Below, piece by piece: positions 27,685 through 37,684 of a stretch of 50,883 nucleotides of DNA. Source of the DNA: Poseidonibacter sp. GTDB lineage: Bacteria; Campylobacterota; Campylobacteria; Campylobacterales; Arcobacteraceae. The stretch spans positions 1 to 50,883 of the forward strand of contig JBLWWO010000001.1 of NCBI GenBank assembly GCA_048267945.1. Direction: 5' to 3'. The notes beneath the pieces are model-generated. The model was not told the DNA's origin. It made no database searches and worked only from the letters and a program-made list of their open reading frames with translations. Within the stretch, counting starts at the first letter, position 1. Each line of letters begins with the position of its first letter. The position numbers were made by a program, and so were the translations under genes.

Positions 27685-27960
27685 ATGGCAGTAAAAATTA
27701 CTGATATCTGTATTAGCTGTGACGCATGTTTAGACGAGTGTCCAGTAGAAGCAATTGTTGATAACGACGATAACCCAACAGGTGAAGATACTTATTACGT
27801 ATACGCTGATAAATGTGTTGAGTGTGTAGGACACAACGACGAGCCAGCATGTGCTGAAGCATGTCCAACTGAGGGATGTATCCAATGGGACGAAGTTGGT
27901 TCTGGATCAGTTGAAAAAGAAGACAGAGGTGAGCCAAATACACCTGTTGTTGAAGACTAA
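27685..27960 (+). CDS. fdxA: 2[4Fe-4S] ferredoxin
   Basis: CISCDACLDECP and CVECVGH...CAEACP; AGGAG SD before ATG 27685. Confidence 0.92.
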   Translation: MAVKITDICISCDACLDECPVEAIVDNDDNPTGEDTYYVYADKCVECVGHNDEPACAEACPTEGCIQWDEVGSGSVEKEDRGEPNTPVVED

Positions 27961-27991
27961 TATTTAGTTAACAAACTAACAATTTATTCTT

Positions 27992-28029
27992 AAAAGGTGA
28001 GTAGTATTTTTTACTACTTGCCTTTTTTT
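27992..28029 (+). terminator. Intrinsic terminator after fdxA
   Basis: AAAAGGTGAGTAGTA stem pairs with TACTACTTGCCTTTT, then a T-run. Confidence 0.75.
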
Positions 28030-28076
28030 ATTTAATTAGGTATAATCCGCGACTTAAAAAAATATTAGGGATAAAT

Positions 28077-28490
28077 ATGGAACAAACACTTTCAATCATC
28101 AAACCTGACGCGGTAGCTAAAAACGTTGTTGGTCAAATCTTATCAAGATTTGAAGCAGCAGATTTAAAAATAGCAGCAACTAAAAAAATGCAATTAAGCA
28201 AAGCAGATGCAGAAGCATTCTATGCAGTACACGCTGAAAGACCATTCTTTGGTGATTTAGTATCTTTCATGATTTCTGGACCAGTTGTTGTAACTGTTTT
28301 AGAAGGTGAAGATGCAATGACAAAAAATAGAGACTTAATGGGTGCTACTAATCCTAAAGAAGCTGCAGCTGGTACAATCAGAGCAGATTTCGCTGAATCT
28401 ATTGATGCAAATGCAGTACATGGTTCTGATTCTTTAGAGAATGCAGCAAACGAAATTAAATTCTTCTTCTCTGACAGAGAAATTTGTTAA
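28077..28490 (+). CDS. ndk: Nucleoside diphosphate kinase
   Basis: IIKPDAV, GTIRADF and NAVHGSDS. Confidence 0.98.
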   Translation: MEQTLSIIKPDAVAKNVVGQILSRFEAADLKIAATKKMQLSKADAEAFYAVHAERPFFGDLVSFMISGPVVVTVLEGEDAMTKNRDLMGATNPKEAAAGTIRADFAESIDANAVHGSDSLENAANEIKFFFSDREIC

Positions 28491-28516
28491 TAATTAGTTA
28501 ATTAAACTAGTTTACA

Positions 28517-28891
28517 ATGAAAATAGAATTTAAAAAAGTACCTCAAAGCCCCAAGGAATTTAGCTCACAGCTTGATTCAGTAGAAATTTCAGGTACTTTT
28601 TGTAAAATATCGCAATCGTTAGTAAAAATTGATGCAGTATTAAATGGTAATACTACTATTGATTGTTGCAGATGTGGTATTACTGATACTATCACTATTA
28701 ATGAAAAGGCTGACTTTTTATTAAGTGATGGTATTTATCAAGATACTGAATCGGAAGATTTAGTAATAGAAATAGACAATAGTATTATCGATTTTGATGA
28801 AATCATCGGAAGTGAAATTGAGTCAATAAAAAGTGATTACTATCTTTGTGACAAATGTACGCAAGATAATGATTACGAACAAGAATTTTAA
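28517..28891 (+). CDS. YceD/DUF177-like metal-binding protein
   Basis: CCRC and CDKC motifs; conserved position upstream of rpmF. Confidence 0.75.
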   Translation: MKIEFKKVPQSPKEFSSQLDSVEISGTFCKISQSLVKIDAVLNGNTTIDCCRCGITDTITINEKADFLLSDGIYQDTESEDLVIEIDNSIIDFDEIIGSEIESIKSDYYLCDKCTQDNDYEQEF

Positions 28892-28902
28892 GGAGAATAA
28901 TT

Positions 28903-29055
28903 ATGGCAGTACCTAAGAGAAGAGTATCTCATTCAAGAGCAGCGAAAAGAAGAACTCATTACAAAATAACTTTAAAGAAACCAGTTAAAGATAGTGATGG
29001 TTCTTGGAAAATGCCTCATATGGTTAACCCAAACACTGGTGAATACAAGAACTAA
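28903..29055 (+). CDS. rpmF: 50S ribosomal protein L32 (50 aa, not in ORF track)
   Basis: [50 protein letters not shown]; AAGGAG SD; TAATG overlap with plsX. Confidence 0.96.
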   Translation: MAVPKRRVSHSRAAKRRTHYKITLKKPVKDSDGSWKMPHMVNPNTGEYKN

Positions 29056-30047
29056 TGTATAAAATAGCAATAGATGCAATGGGTGGGGACTTCGGTCCTG
29101 AACCTATTATAGAGGGACTTATTGCAGCTTTAAAACAAAACAATAACTTCACTGCTATTGCAGTTGGTAAAAAAGATGAATTAATATCTTTAATACCTAA
29201 TAACTTTCTATCAAGAATTGAGATATTAGATACAGATGATGTAATTAGTATGAGCGATTCTGCTACAGATGCACTTAAAAGAAAAGAATCTACAATTTAT
29301 AAAGCTATTGAATTAGTAAGAGATGGTAATGCCGATGCAATCGTATCTGCTGGACACTCTGGTGCTTCAATGTCTTTAGCAACACTTAGAATCGGAAGAA
29401 TTAAGGGTGTATCAAGACCTGCTATTGCAACACTTATGCCTACAAGCGAAAATCAAAATACTTTAGTATTAGATGTTGGAGCAAATGTAGACAGTGACGC
29501 TAAAAATCTATTCGAATTTGCTATTATGGGACAAGTTTATGCTGAAGACGTATTAAACTTAGATGATCCAATTGTTGGATTATTATCTAATGGTGAAGAA
29601 GAAAGTAAAGGTAATGAAGTTACTAAAGAAGCTTATGGCTTAATATCTAAAATTCCTAATTTCGCAGGTAATGTTGAAGGTAGTGATATCTTCAAAGGAA
29701 CAGTAGATGTTGTTGTTTGTGATGGTTTTGTAGGAAATATCCTATTGAAAACAGCTGAGGGTGTTGCAGACACAATTGGTAAAATCATCAAGAAGAATTT
29801 AAAAAGATCTCTAATCTCTATAGCTGGTGCAGTTCTTATGAGAAAAGTATTTAAGAACTTAAAAGTTAGAGTTGATTATGCTGAATATGGTGGAGCTCCT
29901 TTACTTGGAGTTAAAGCCCCTGTAATTATTGCACATGGTAAATCTAATCCTAAAGCGATTCAGAATGCGATTTTCCAAGCAATTACAGCAGCAAGTTCAA
30001 ACCTAAACGGTGATATTGAAGAGAGATTAGCTCAATATAGTAAATAA
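29055..30047 (+). CDS. plsX: Phosphate acyltransferase
   Basis: [25 protein letters not shown] and YGGAPLLG. Confidence 0.97.
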   Translation: MYKIAIDAMGGDFGPEPIIEGLIAALKQNNNFTAIAVGKKDELISLIPNNFLSRIEILDTDDVISMSDSATDALKRKESTIYKAIELVRDGNADAIVSAGHSGASMSLATLRIGRIKGVSRPAIATLMPTSENQNTLVLDVGANVDSDAKNLFEFAIMGQVYAEDVLNLDDPIVGLLSNGEEESKGNEVTKEAYGLISKIPNFAGNVEGSDIFKGTVDVVVCDGFVGNILLKTAEGVADTIGKIIKKNLKRSLISIAGAVLMRKVFKNLKVRVDYAEYGGAPLLGVKAPVIIAHGKSNPKAIQNAIFQAITAASSNLNGDIEERLAQYSK

Positions 30048-30080
30048 TTTTTTATTTGCTATATATTTAAGGATATGTAA

Positions 30081-31079
30081 ATGACATATGCAGCTTTTAG
30101 ATCTATTGGAGCTTACGTTCCTCCAAAGATTATGACAAATGCAGACTTTGAAAAAATCATTGATACAAGTGATGAATGGATTACAAAAAGAACAGGAATC
30201 AAAGAAAGAAGAATCTCGGAAGAGAATGAAGCTTCTTCTGATTTAGGTGCTAAAGCAGCAGCTCAAGCAATTGAGCGATCTGGACTTGCTAAAGAAGATA
30301 TTGATTTAGTAATTTGTGCTACAGTAACTCCTGACTATTTATGTATGCCTTCAACGGCTTGTTTAATTGCTTCAAAACTGGATTTACCTCCTGTTCAAGC
30401 ATTTGATGTTAGTGCAGCTTGTACTGGTTTTGTTTATGCAACATCAGTAGCAAAAGCATTTATTGAATCAGGAATGAAAAAAAATGTTCTAATTGTTGGA
30501 GCAGAAACGTACACTTCTATTTTAGATTATACTGATAGAGCTACTTGTTTTATTTTCGGTGATGGTGCCGGTGCAGCTATTATATCTGCAACAGAAGATA
30601 AATCAGAAGCAATTATCGATGTAAATTGTTCAAGTGATGGAAACTACGATGATTTAATTAAAACTCCAGGTGGAGGAAGTAAACATCCATGTTCTCAAGA
30701 AGTACTTGATGCTAAAATGGCTTGTATTAGAATGAAAGGTAATGAAACTTTCAAACTAGCTGTTAAAACTTTAACATCTGATGTTCAAGTAATGATGGAA
30801 AAACATAATATCTCAAATGATGATATTGACCATTTTATCCCACATCAAGCAAACTATAGAATTATTAGCGCTGTAGGAAAAGCATTAGGATTAAATGATG
30901 AGCAAACTGTTGTTACTGTTGATAAATACGGTAATACTTCAGCTGCTTCAATTCCAATGGCAATGAACTATGCTTATGAGCAAGGAAAAATTAAAAAGGG
31001 TGATACAATTTTATTTGACGCCTTTGGTGGTGGATTAACTTGGGGATCAGCTTTATTCCCATTCGCTCCAAAAAACTAG
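30081..31079 (+). CDS. fabH: Beta-ketoacyl-ACP synthase III
   Basis: AACTGF, PHQAN, YGNTSAAS and FGGGLTWG. Confidence 0.96.
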   Translation: MTYAAFRSIGAYVPPKIMTNADFEKIIDTSDEWITKRTGIKERRISEENEASSDLGAKAAAQAIERSGLAKEDIDLVICATVTPDYLCMPSTACLIASKLDLPPVQAFDVSAACTGFVYATSVAKAFIESGMKKNVLIVGAETYTSILDYTDRATCFIFGDGAGAAIISATEDKSEAIIDVNCSSDGNYDDLIKTPGGGSKHPCSQEVLDAKMACIRMKGNETFKLAVKTLTSDVQVMMEKHNISNDDIDHFIPHQANYRIISAVGKALGLNDEQTVVTVDKYGNTSAASIPMAMNYAYEQGKIKKGDTILFDAFGGGLTWGSALFPFAPKN

Positions 31080-31082
31080 TTT

Positions 31083-31106
31083 ATAAAAGGGCTTAAACCC
31101 TTTTAT
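31083..31106. terminator. Bidirectional terminator between fabH and kinase gene
   Basis: ATAAAAGGG-cttaaa-CCCTTTTAT. Confidence 0.7.
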
Positions 31107-31141
31107 TTACGTATTCTAAATCTAAATAAACAATCAAATCT

Positions 31142-32788
31142 TTAAACTTTTAATTTAATTATAAATTTAGCTCCATTATTTGAGTTCTCAATATTTATAT
31201 TTCCATTCATATTATTTTCAATAATCATTTTAGTCATATATAAACCTATTCCAGTACCTTGAGATTGGTGTTTTGTAGTAAAATATGGATCAAAGATTTT
31301 ACCTATAATTTCTTCATAAATTCCACCAGCATTATCTAAAAGTGATATTTCAATATAATCATTTTCTGCTCTTACATCTATATCTATACTAGGGTTTTCT
31401 ACTGCTCTTAAAATTAATACATCTTTTGCATTGGTAATAATATTTAATAAAGCTTGTGAAAACTCATTTTTAAAGCTTACAAGGCTCAGATTTTCATCAC
31501 TGTAATTTCTATTAACTTTTATATTTGCATGCTTTAGAGCCGAATTAACGATGAATAAAGCACTATTAATACTATCTTTTATTAAGAACTTTTCTTTTTG
31601 TTTTTCTGGTTTATAATAGTTTCTAAAATCTTCAATTGTTTTGGACATAAAATCAATAATAGAATTTCCATCTTTTATTTTACAAAGAAGTTTATCACTA
31701 GTTAATTTACCTTTTTCATTATAAGCATCAAGATACATAAGTATTGCACTTAGTTGCATCAAAGGTTGTCTCCATTGATGTGCAATATTACCAATCATCT
31801 CTCCAAGCATTGCAAGTTTTGATTGCTGAAGTAAAAGTTGTTCATTTTTTTCTTTCTCTTCTAAGGCATTTTTTTGAACTTCTAATCTATGTCCAATCTC
31901 TTTTTCAACCATCTCTTCAAGGTTTTTATTTATCTGTTTTAACTCTTCTTCATTTTCATTTATCTTTTTTATCAAAAAAGAGAAGAAATAATTAACAATA
32001 ATAGCAGCAAGAATAAATAAAACTATACTTGTAATAATTGATTCTCTAACTGTAGATATAAAAGCTTTTTTATCTTTTGTAATATCTAAAAAGAAAATTG
32101 CATTAGCAATATCTTCATTTTTAAAGTTTTTTAAACTCATAATCTTTTTTACATAAAAACTATCTTCAAAATTAACCACTGGTTTATCATGTTCTTCTTC
32201 ACATTTCATAGCCATTTGATTAAAAAAATCGCTATTTTTATATTTATTTAAAAACACATCATTATTTTTATTGTTATCTCTTGTAAAAAGAATTCCATTA
32301 CTATTATCAAAATCTTTTACACTTTGTAAGAAATATCTTGAATCAATTGTATAAGCAACATAAGATTCTATATTTGCACTATTTTTTACTGGAACAATAA
32401 CTTTATAAAAAATATCATCTTGTGAAACTACAATATCTAAAAAGCTTTTTCCTTTTAATACTTCACTTGTATATTTTGTTGATATTTTTTCTTTTTCAAA
32501 ATTTACTATTTTTATATCTTTTAGGAATTTATCATTTTTTATTAATTCTAAAGTGATATTTTCATTTTTATTAATATATATAGTTTGTAGTTCATAAAAT
32601 TTAATTAACTCTTTTTTAAAAAATTCATTGTAATTGTCAAAGTTCTTTTTGTAGTTAGTTTCAATTTGATTTAGGTAGTTTTTATTAGATATTCTATTTT
32701 GGAAATATAAAGTAAGAAGAAGAATTGAGATTAGCAAAAGTATAAAGTATATACTTTTGTGTTTAATACATATTCCTGATTTAAACAT
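31142..32788 (-). CDS. Membrane sensor histidine kinase (paired with upstream response regulator)
   Basis: Two TM helices, periplasmic domain, AHQWRQPL, DNAGGI and GTGIGL; ATG 32788 overlaps the regulator's end. Confidence 0.9.
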   Translation of the reverse strand: MFKSGICIKHKSIYFILLLISILLLTLYFQNRISNKNYLNQIETNYKKNFDNYNEFFKKELIKFYELQTIYINKNENITLELIKNDKFLKDIKIVNFEKEKISTKYTSEVLKGKSFLDIVVSQDDIFYKVIVPVKNSANIESYVAYTIDSRYFLQSVKDFDNSNGILFTRDNNKNNDVFLNKYKNSDFFNQMAMKCEEEHDKPVVNFEDSFYVKKIMSLKNFKNEDIANAIFFLDITKDKKAFISTVRESIITSIVLFILAAIIVNYFFSFLIKKINENEEELKQINKNLEEMVEKEIGHRLEVQKNALEEKEKNEQLLLQQSKLAMLGEMIGNIAHQWRQPLMQLSAILMYLDAYNEKGKLTSDKLLCKIKDGNSIIDFMSKTIEDFRNYYKPEKQKEKFLIKDSINSALFIVNSALKHANIKVNRNYSDENLSLVSFKNEFSQALLNIITNAKDVLILRAVENPSIDIDVRAENDYIEISLLDNAGGIYEEIIGKIFDPYFTTKHQSQGTGIGLYMTKMIIENNMNGNINIENSNNGAKFIIKLKV

Positions 32789-33458
32789 TATCAATCTCCA
32801 GTTTGTACCCAATTTTGGAAACATTTCTAATAAGTTCTTTGGAGGTTTTTTTTCGTAAATCTTTTATCAATGACTTTAAAGCATCCATACTTACAGGATC
32901 TTCCCAAACATGATACTCAATACTTTCATAAGGAAGTACTTTATTTTTATTTTCAATTAAAAGATTTAACAGTAATCTCTCTTTTTTATTTAATGATATC
33001 TCACCATCACTCTTAATAATTGTTTGTTTAGTATAGTTAAACTTTATCTCATTATTAAGTACTAAAATTTCATCACTTTTATTTTGTAATAATTCAACAC
33101 AAGAATTCAAAGCATCTAATAATGCATCTTTATCAAAAGGTTTTACTAGATATTTTGTAATATACAATTCAACAGCATTCATTAAATATTCTTTTTCTGT
33201 ATGAGCTGTCATAATAATTACTGGAATATTTATATCTTTTTGTCTAATCTCTTTTAATGCACTTAATCCATCTTTATGAGGCATATTAATATCTAATAAA
33301 AGAATTGAAGGCTTATATGTTTCATATAACTCTATAGCTTCAGCTCCATCATTTGCAGTTATTACTTTATTCACATATAGTTCTAAAACTTCTGTAACTG
33401 TTTGTAATATTGCATTTTCATCTTCTGCGTATAATACTGTTAAATCTTCTAATTTCAT
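32781..33458 (-). CDS. OmpR-family response regulator
   Basis: LYAEDE, LLDINMP, YLVKPF and winged-helix C-terminus (IRNVSKIGYKL). Confidence 0.93.
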   Translation of the reverse strand: MKLEDLTVLYAEDENAILQTVTEVLELYVNKVITANDGAEAIELYETYKPSILLLDINMPHKDGLSALKEIRQKDINIPVIIMTAHTEKEYLMNAVELYITKYLVKPFDKDALLDALNSCVELLQNKSDEILVLNNEIKFNYTKQTIIKSDGEISLNKKERLLLNLLIENKNKVLPYESIEYHVWEDPVSMDALKSLIKDLRKKTSKELIRNVSKIGYKLEIDNV

Positions 33459-33470
33459 TTCTACTCTTTT

Positions 33471-33499
33471 ATTAACAAAAGCCCAAGGCTTTTGTTAAT
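33471..33499 (-). terminator. Hairpin between yceI and response regulator
   Basis: ATTAACAAAAGCC-caa-GGCTTTTGTTAAT 13-bp stem. Confidence 0.6.
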
Positions 33500-34055
33500 T
33501 TACTTTTTTTGCTTCTATATCAGCAGTGATTTTCACTTTTTCACCTAAAAGTAATCCACCCGAATCTAATAATTTATTTGCTTTTAATCCAAAATCAACT
33601 CTATTGATTTTAGCTTCTAATGAGAATCCTAATTTAGTATTTCCCCATGGATCTTTTACAATTCCATTATTTTCATAATCAAACTCAACTTTTTTAGTAA
33701 TACCTTTAATAGTTAAGTTTGCAATCATCATATCATCTTTGATTTCAACTAATTCAAAAGACATATTTGGGAATTTTTTTACATCGAAGTAATCTGATTC
33801 TTTTAAATGAGCATCTCTTTTTTCATTTTGTGTGTTTACAGAGTTTACATCAACTTTACTTTTTAAAACTTTTAACTGTTTTGTTTTTTCATCATATTCA
33901 ATATTTGCATCAAATTTATCAAAAGTACCATATACATTTGTAATTGATAAGTGTTTGATTTTAAAACCTAATTTAGAGTGACCTGCATCTAAGGCATAAG
34001 TTCCTGCGAATAATGTAGAACCTGCAATTAATAATCCTGCTAATACTTTTTTCAT
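33495..34055 (-). CDS. YceI-family periplasmic polyisoprenoid/lipid-binding protein
   Basis: Signal peptide, HSKLGFKIKHL, RDAHLK, LTIKGITK, DPWG and INRVDFG. Confidence 0.92.
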   Translation of the reverse strand: MKKVLAGLLIAGSTLFAGTYALDAGHSKLGFKIKHLSITNVYGTFDKFDANIEYDEKTKQLKVLKSKVDVNSVNTQNEKRDAHLKESDYFDVKKFPNMSFELVEIKDDMMIANLTIKGITKKVEFDYENNGIVKDPWGNTKLGFSLEAKINRVDFGLKANKLLDSGGLLLGEKVKITADIEAKKVN

Positions 34056-34084
34056 CGTTAACCTTTTTTATTTGATATGATGAA

Positions 34085-34121
34085 AGTATAAAAATAAATC
34101 GAGGGAAAAAAGAGGGAGAAA
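34085..34121 (-). promoter_or_regulatory. yceI promoter with tandem TCCCTC direct repeat (candidate response-regulator site)
   Basis: TATACT -10 at 34090-34085; GAGGGA at 34101 and 34112 (11-bp period). Confidence 0.5.
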
Positions 34122-34130
34122 GCTTTAGTA

Positions 34131-34457
34131 CTAAAAATACTGTACTAAAGCCATATAAAAAATTGTTCCTGCAAAAATAGAAATCAAATAGTTTTTTAAA
34201 GTTATATGTAGTAGTGCTGTAAAAGCAATACCACCTACTTCTTTTAATCCATAAGGAGCAAGTGAAAAGTCTACATCTTTTACAGAATAAACTATAAGTA
34301 TAGTCATAATAACTGCGGGAAAAAATCTCTCGATAAATACCACATAAGGTGGCAAGTCATTTTTTCTGAAAAATAAAAAGGGGAAAACTCTCGTAAAGTA
34401 GTTAACTACTGCCATAATAACAATGGCTATATATATTTCATAACTACTCATTTTCAA
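34131..34457 (-). CDS. azlD: AzlD-family branched-chain amino acid exporter small subunit
   Basis: TRVFPFLFF motif, hydrophobic, overlaps azlC. Confidence 0.85.
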   Translation of the reverse strand: MKMSSYEIYIAIVIMAVVNYFTRVFPFLFFRKNDLPPYVVFIERFFPAVIMTILIVYSVKDVDFSLAPYGLKEVGGIAFTALLHITLKNYLISIFAGTIFYMALVQYF

Positions 34458-35130
34458 CTCTTCTTTTAAAAGTAAACATTAGTATTAGTGAACCAATAAT
34501 TGATACAATTAACATCTTATCACTTGGTACAAAACAAAGTGCTAAAAATGATGCAACTCCACCTATTATAAAAGGTACTGCATTTTGTAGATTTTTGTAT
34601 TGTTCAATACATAAAACTACAAAAAGTGCTGTTAATGAAAATTCTAAACCAGCTGTATTAAACTTGATATTACTTCCTACAATTGCACCTAATGTTGCAC
34701 CTGTAAACCAATATGATTGATTAAAAGCTGTTAAAAAGAAGTAATACCATCTTTTTTTTAATTGCTCATCATCTTTAATAGTTGTAAGAAGAGCGTATGT
34801 TTCATCTGTTAGACCAAAAATCAAATATGGTTTTAGTTTTCCAGTTTTTTTAAATCTTTTAAGTAATGATAAACCATAAAAAGATTGTCTAATATTTATA
34901 AACCAAGTTGCAATTGCAATATCTACAAATCCAGCTTTCGCATTAAAAAAGTTTATAGCAACAAACTGTAAAGCACCTGCATAAATAAAAAGACTCATAA
35001 TTGGAGCTAAATACCAAGGGTATTCAAAAGATACCAATAATAATCCAAAAGCAAAACCTAAAACTCCATATCCCATCATAACGGGAATAGAAACTTTAAA
35101 TGCGTGTTTTATTTCTTTTTCATATTTCAC
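34444..35130 (-). CDS. azlC: AzlC-family exporter permease
   Basis: YAGALQF, FGLTDETY and GLEFSLTALF. Confidence 0.9.
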   Translation of the reverse strand: MKYEKEIKHAFKVSIPVMMGYGVLGFAFGLLLVSFEYPWYLAPIMSLFIYAGALQFVAINFFNAKAGFVDIAIATWFINIRQSFYGLSLLKRFKKTGKLKPYLIFGLTDETYALLTTIKDDEQLKKRWYYFFLTAFNQSYWFTGATLGAIVGSNIKFNTAGLEFSLTALFVVLCIEQYKNLQNAVPFIIGGVASFLALCFVPSDKMLIVSIIGSLILMFTFKRRVENE

Positions 35131-35147
35131 TAAAAAAGTTACACTTA

Positions 35148-35582
35148 TTACTTGAATTTTTTGTTATTTGGATTACTTTTGAAAACATTCATTGAATTTT
35201 TCTTTGTATCTTTGTTGAATTTATCAACAGTCGCAACTGAATTAAGATATAAAATCGATTCATCAACAACAACTTGAAAAATTGAATGAAGAGGAATTTT
35301 CACATTTGAGCCGAAGTTTTCACTACCAAAACCAGCTTCAAAATGAAGACAGTCATCTTTAATTTCTACTGTAGTATATGTATAGTTTTCTAAAACAAAA
35401 AGTGTAAACTTTGGTAATTGATCCTGAATAGTTGATGGTAACTCCGGATTAAATACAACTGGTTCAATATTAGCTGTAACTGAGAAAGTATGGTTGTTTT
35501 CTAATAAATACTCTATTGTTTCTTGTACTTGTTTTACAATCAAGTTTTTGTAGTTGTTATTTTCAATAATATCTGTAATCAT
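35148..35582 (-). CDS. Conserved hypothetical protein
   Basis: 144 aa ORF with SD; FEAGFGSENFG motif; no function recognised. Confidence 0.7.
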   Translation of the reverse strand: MITDIIENNNYKNLIVKQVQETIEYLLENNHTFSVTANIEPVVFNPELPSTIQDQLPKFTLFVLENYTYTTVEIKDDCLHFEAGFGSENFGSNVKIPLHSIFQVVVDESILYLNSVATVDKFNKDTKKNSMNVFKSNPNNKKFK

Positions 35583-35625
35583 AATAATTAATACCTATTT
35601 TAAAATTTAATTGGTATTATAACTT

Positions 35626-36267
35626 ATGAAACAGATTATTTTGCTTATTTTTATTATTTTTAGTTATACCAATGCTTATGAATTTAAACTAAATAAAAAA
35701 GATATTTCTTATATAAAAAACTCTCCTGATAAAACTTTTATAGTAAATAGACTAAAAAAATATCAATACCTAAAGAAAAAAATAGCTAATTATGAACTAT
35801 ATAGAAAACTGTCACATATGAATGTTTTTTTAAATAAAATAAGATCTAAACTTGATGTACCAAGTAAAGGTTTAGGTGATCATTGGGCAACACCAAAAGA
35901 GTTTTTAATAGGTGGTCATGGGGATTGTGAAGATTATGTAATTGCAAAATACTTCTCACTATTAGAACTAGGTATTAAAAAAGAGAAACTATATTTTTCT
36001 GTAGTTGATATCAAAGGTCAAAAAGATGCACATATGGTTTTATTGTATCTAGAAGACAAAAGTAAAACTCCCCTAGTTTTAGATAATCTAAGCTCAAAAG
36101 TTTTGTCTTTAAAAATAAGAAAAAAACTACAACCTAGATTTGCTTTTAATGAAATAGATTCATATAAATTAACAAATAAAGGTTTTACTAAAAAAGTTAA
36201 TATCAACTGGGGAAAAGAAGATAAATGGAATAGACTTTTAAAAAGAGTTTATGAAAAAAATGAATAA
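35626..36267 (+). CDS. Transglutaminase-like cysteine peptidase (BTLCP/LapG family)
   Basis: Signal peptide, DHWATPKEFL, and GDCEDY / HMVL / VLDN Cys-His-Asp triad. Confidence 0.88.
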   Translation: MKQIILLIFIIFSYTNAYEFKLNKKDISYIKNSPDKTFIVNRLKKYQYLKKKIANYELYRKLSHMNVFLNKIRSKLDVPSKGLGDHWATPKEFLIGGHGDCEDYVIAKYFSLLELGIKKEKLYFSVVDIKGQKDAHMVLLYLEDKSKTPLVLDNLSSKVLSLKIRKKLQPRFAFNEIDSYKLTNKGFTKKVNINWGKEDKWNRLLKRVYEKNE

Positions 36268-36821
36268 TCTTTTATTTCATCAAAATCAATCATTGCATTC
36301 ATAAGTGCTAATTTAGTAGATTTTTTTAACATTTCAACTGTTATATCTTTTTCTATTATTACTCTCTCTTCAAGTAACCTAGCTCTTGTAGTACCACACA
36401 ATAAAGGCAATTTAGGAGTAATCCACATATTTTCATAATATATCGCAATATTTGCAATACTCGTATCACTTACTAAATCATTTTTAATAATTATGATTTC
36501 ATCACATGATTCTCTTTTTTCATATAACTTATCTAATTCACTTCTATCAAAATACTTCTTTGAATAATCAATATTATTGTCATATATTAATTTAAAAGTT
36601 TTAATTTCTCTTTTTTTATAAGGGAAATATTTCACATCCAAAATACCAGAATCATTATAAACTAATTTACATCGTAATAATTCACTAGTTATAGGATATA
36701 TATACTCTTGTAAGTTTAGATTCATAGCTATAGTATTAGCAACTCTTTTATTATGAAATTCTAAATTATAAACCTCATAATCATCACATTTTATTGTTTC
36801 AAAAAAAACTTCTTTATTCAA
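36249..36821 (-). CDS. pabC: Aminotransferase class IV, probable aminodeoxychorismate lyase
   Basis: FFETIK, SDTSIANI, LCGTTRARL and MNAM; near pabB. Confidence 0.75.
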   Translation of the reverse strand: MNKEVFFETIKCDDYEVYNLEFHNKRVANTIAMNLNLQEYIYPITSELLRCKLVYNDSGILDVKYFPYKKREIKTFKLIYDNNIDYSKKYFDRSELDKLYEKRESCDEIIIIKNDLVSDTSIANIAIYYENMWITPKLPLLCGTTRARLLEERVIIEKDITVEMLKKSTKLALMNAMIDFDEIKDYSFFS

Positions 36822-36890
36822 TATTACTTCTTTTATTAATGATTTAAATATAAAAGATATAATAACAAAACTTTAGTTTAAGGCATATTC

Positions 36891-37667
36891 ATGAACAAAA
36901 AACATCAGCTGATTGTTGATACATATGATGATTTTTCAAAGACTTATAAGTCGGCTTTTATTGGTATTCCTAAAGGCTTTGGAGGATTAGAAGAAGATTA
37001 CTTTGGAACACTTAAAAAATTCAAAAAACTATATCCAAATTTTAAAACAAAAAACAAAATCCCAACTGTTCTATTTATGCACGGTTCTGCTGGATTAAAC
37101 AAGGGTGTTAAATATAGAGAGTGGATTGTAAAAGAAGCTAAATTTATATTTTTTGCACCGAACTCTTTTATTGTAAAAAATAGACCTACCTATGAAACAC
37201 CAACAAAACTAGCAAATTATGAAAAAGTTCATAAATTCAGACAAGCAGAAATTCATTACAATTTAGAAAAACTTCAAAAGGTTTCATTTATTGATATTAA
37301 TAATATTTTTTTAATGGGTAATTCAGAAGGAGGACTTGCAGCAGCTGCTTTTAAAGGAAGAGAATTCAAAGGTAGAATTATCACAGCTTATTCATGTGAA
37401 AACTCATACTATTCTAAAAACTTTGAAATTGGAGCTAATAAAGATGAACCATTTCTAAATATCATTGGAACACATGACCAATATTTTGCAAATGAAGCAA
37501 AAGCCACCCAAGACCATGAAGTACAAGGACATTGTACAAAAGCTTTGATGAAACATAAAAATGCAAAGGTTATAATTCTTCCTCAAACAAAACACGATAT
37601 TACTACTAATATCTATGTTAAAGATGACATTATAAACTTCTTAAAATTTTGGAGTAAAGAGAAATAA
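36891..37667 (+). CDS. Alpha/beta hydrolase (dienelactone hydrolase-like)
   Basis: FMHGSAG, nucleophile elbow MGNSEGG, candidate Asp (GTHDQY) and His (KHDI). Confidence 0.8.
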   Translation: MNKKHQLIVDTYDDFSKTYKSAFIGIPKGFGGLEEDYFGTLKKFKKLYPNFKTKNKIPTVLFMHGSAGLNKGVKYREWIVKEAKFIFFAPNSFIVKNRPTYETPTKLANYEKVHKFRQAEIHYNLEKLQKVSFIDINNIFLMGNSEGGLAAAAFKGREFKGRIITAYSCENSYYSKNFEIGANKDEPFLNIIGTHDQYFANEAKATQDHEVQGHCTKALMKHKNAKVIILPQTKHDITTNIYVKDDIINFLKFWSKEK

Positions 37668-37678
37668 TCTCTTTACTC
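37652..37678. terminator. Hairpin between convergent hydrolase and ATP-grasp genes
   Basis: GAGTAAAGAGA-aataa-TCTCTTTACTC. Confidence 0.65.
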
Positions 37679-37684
37679 TTAGAC

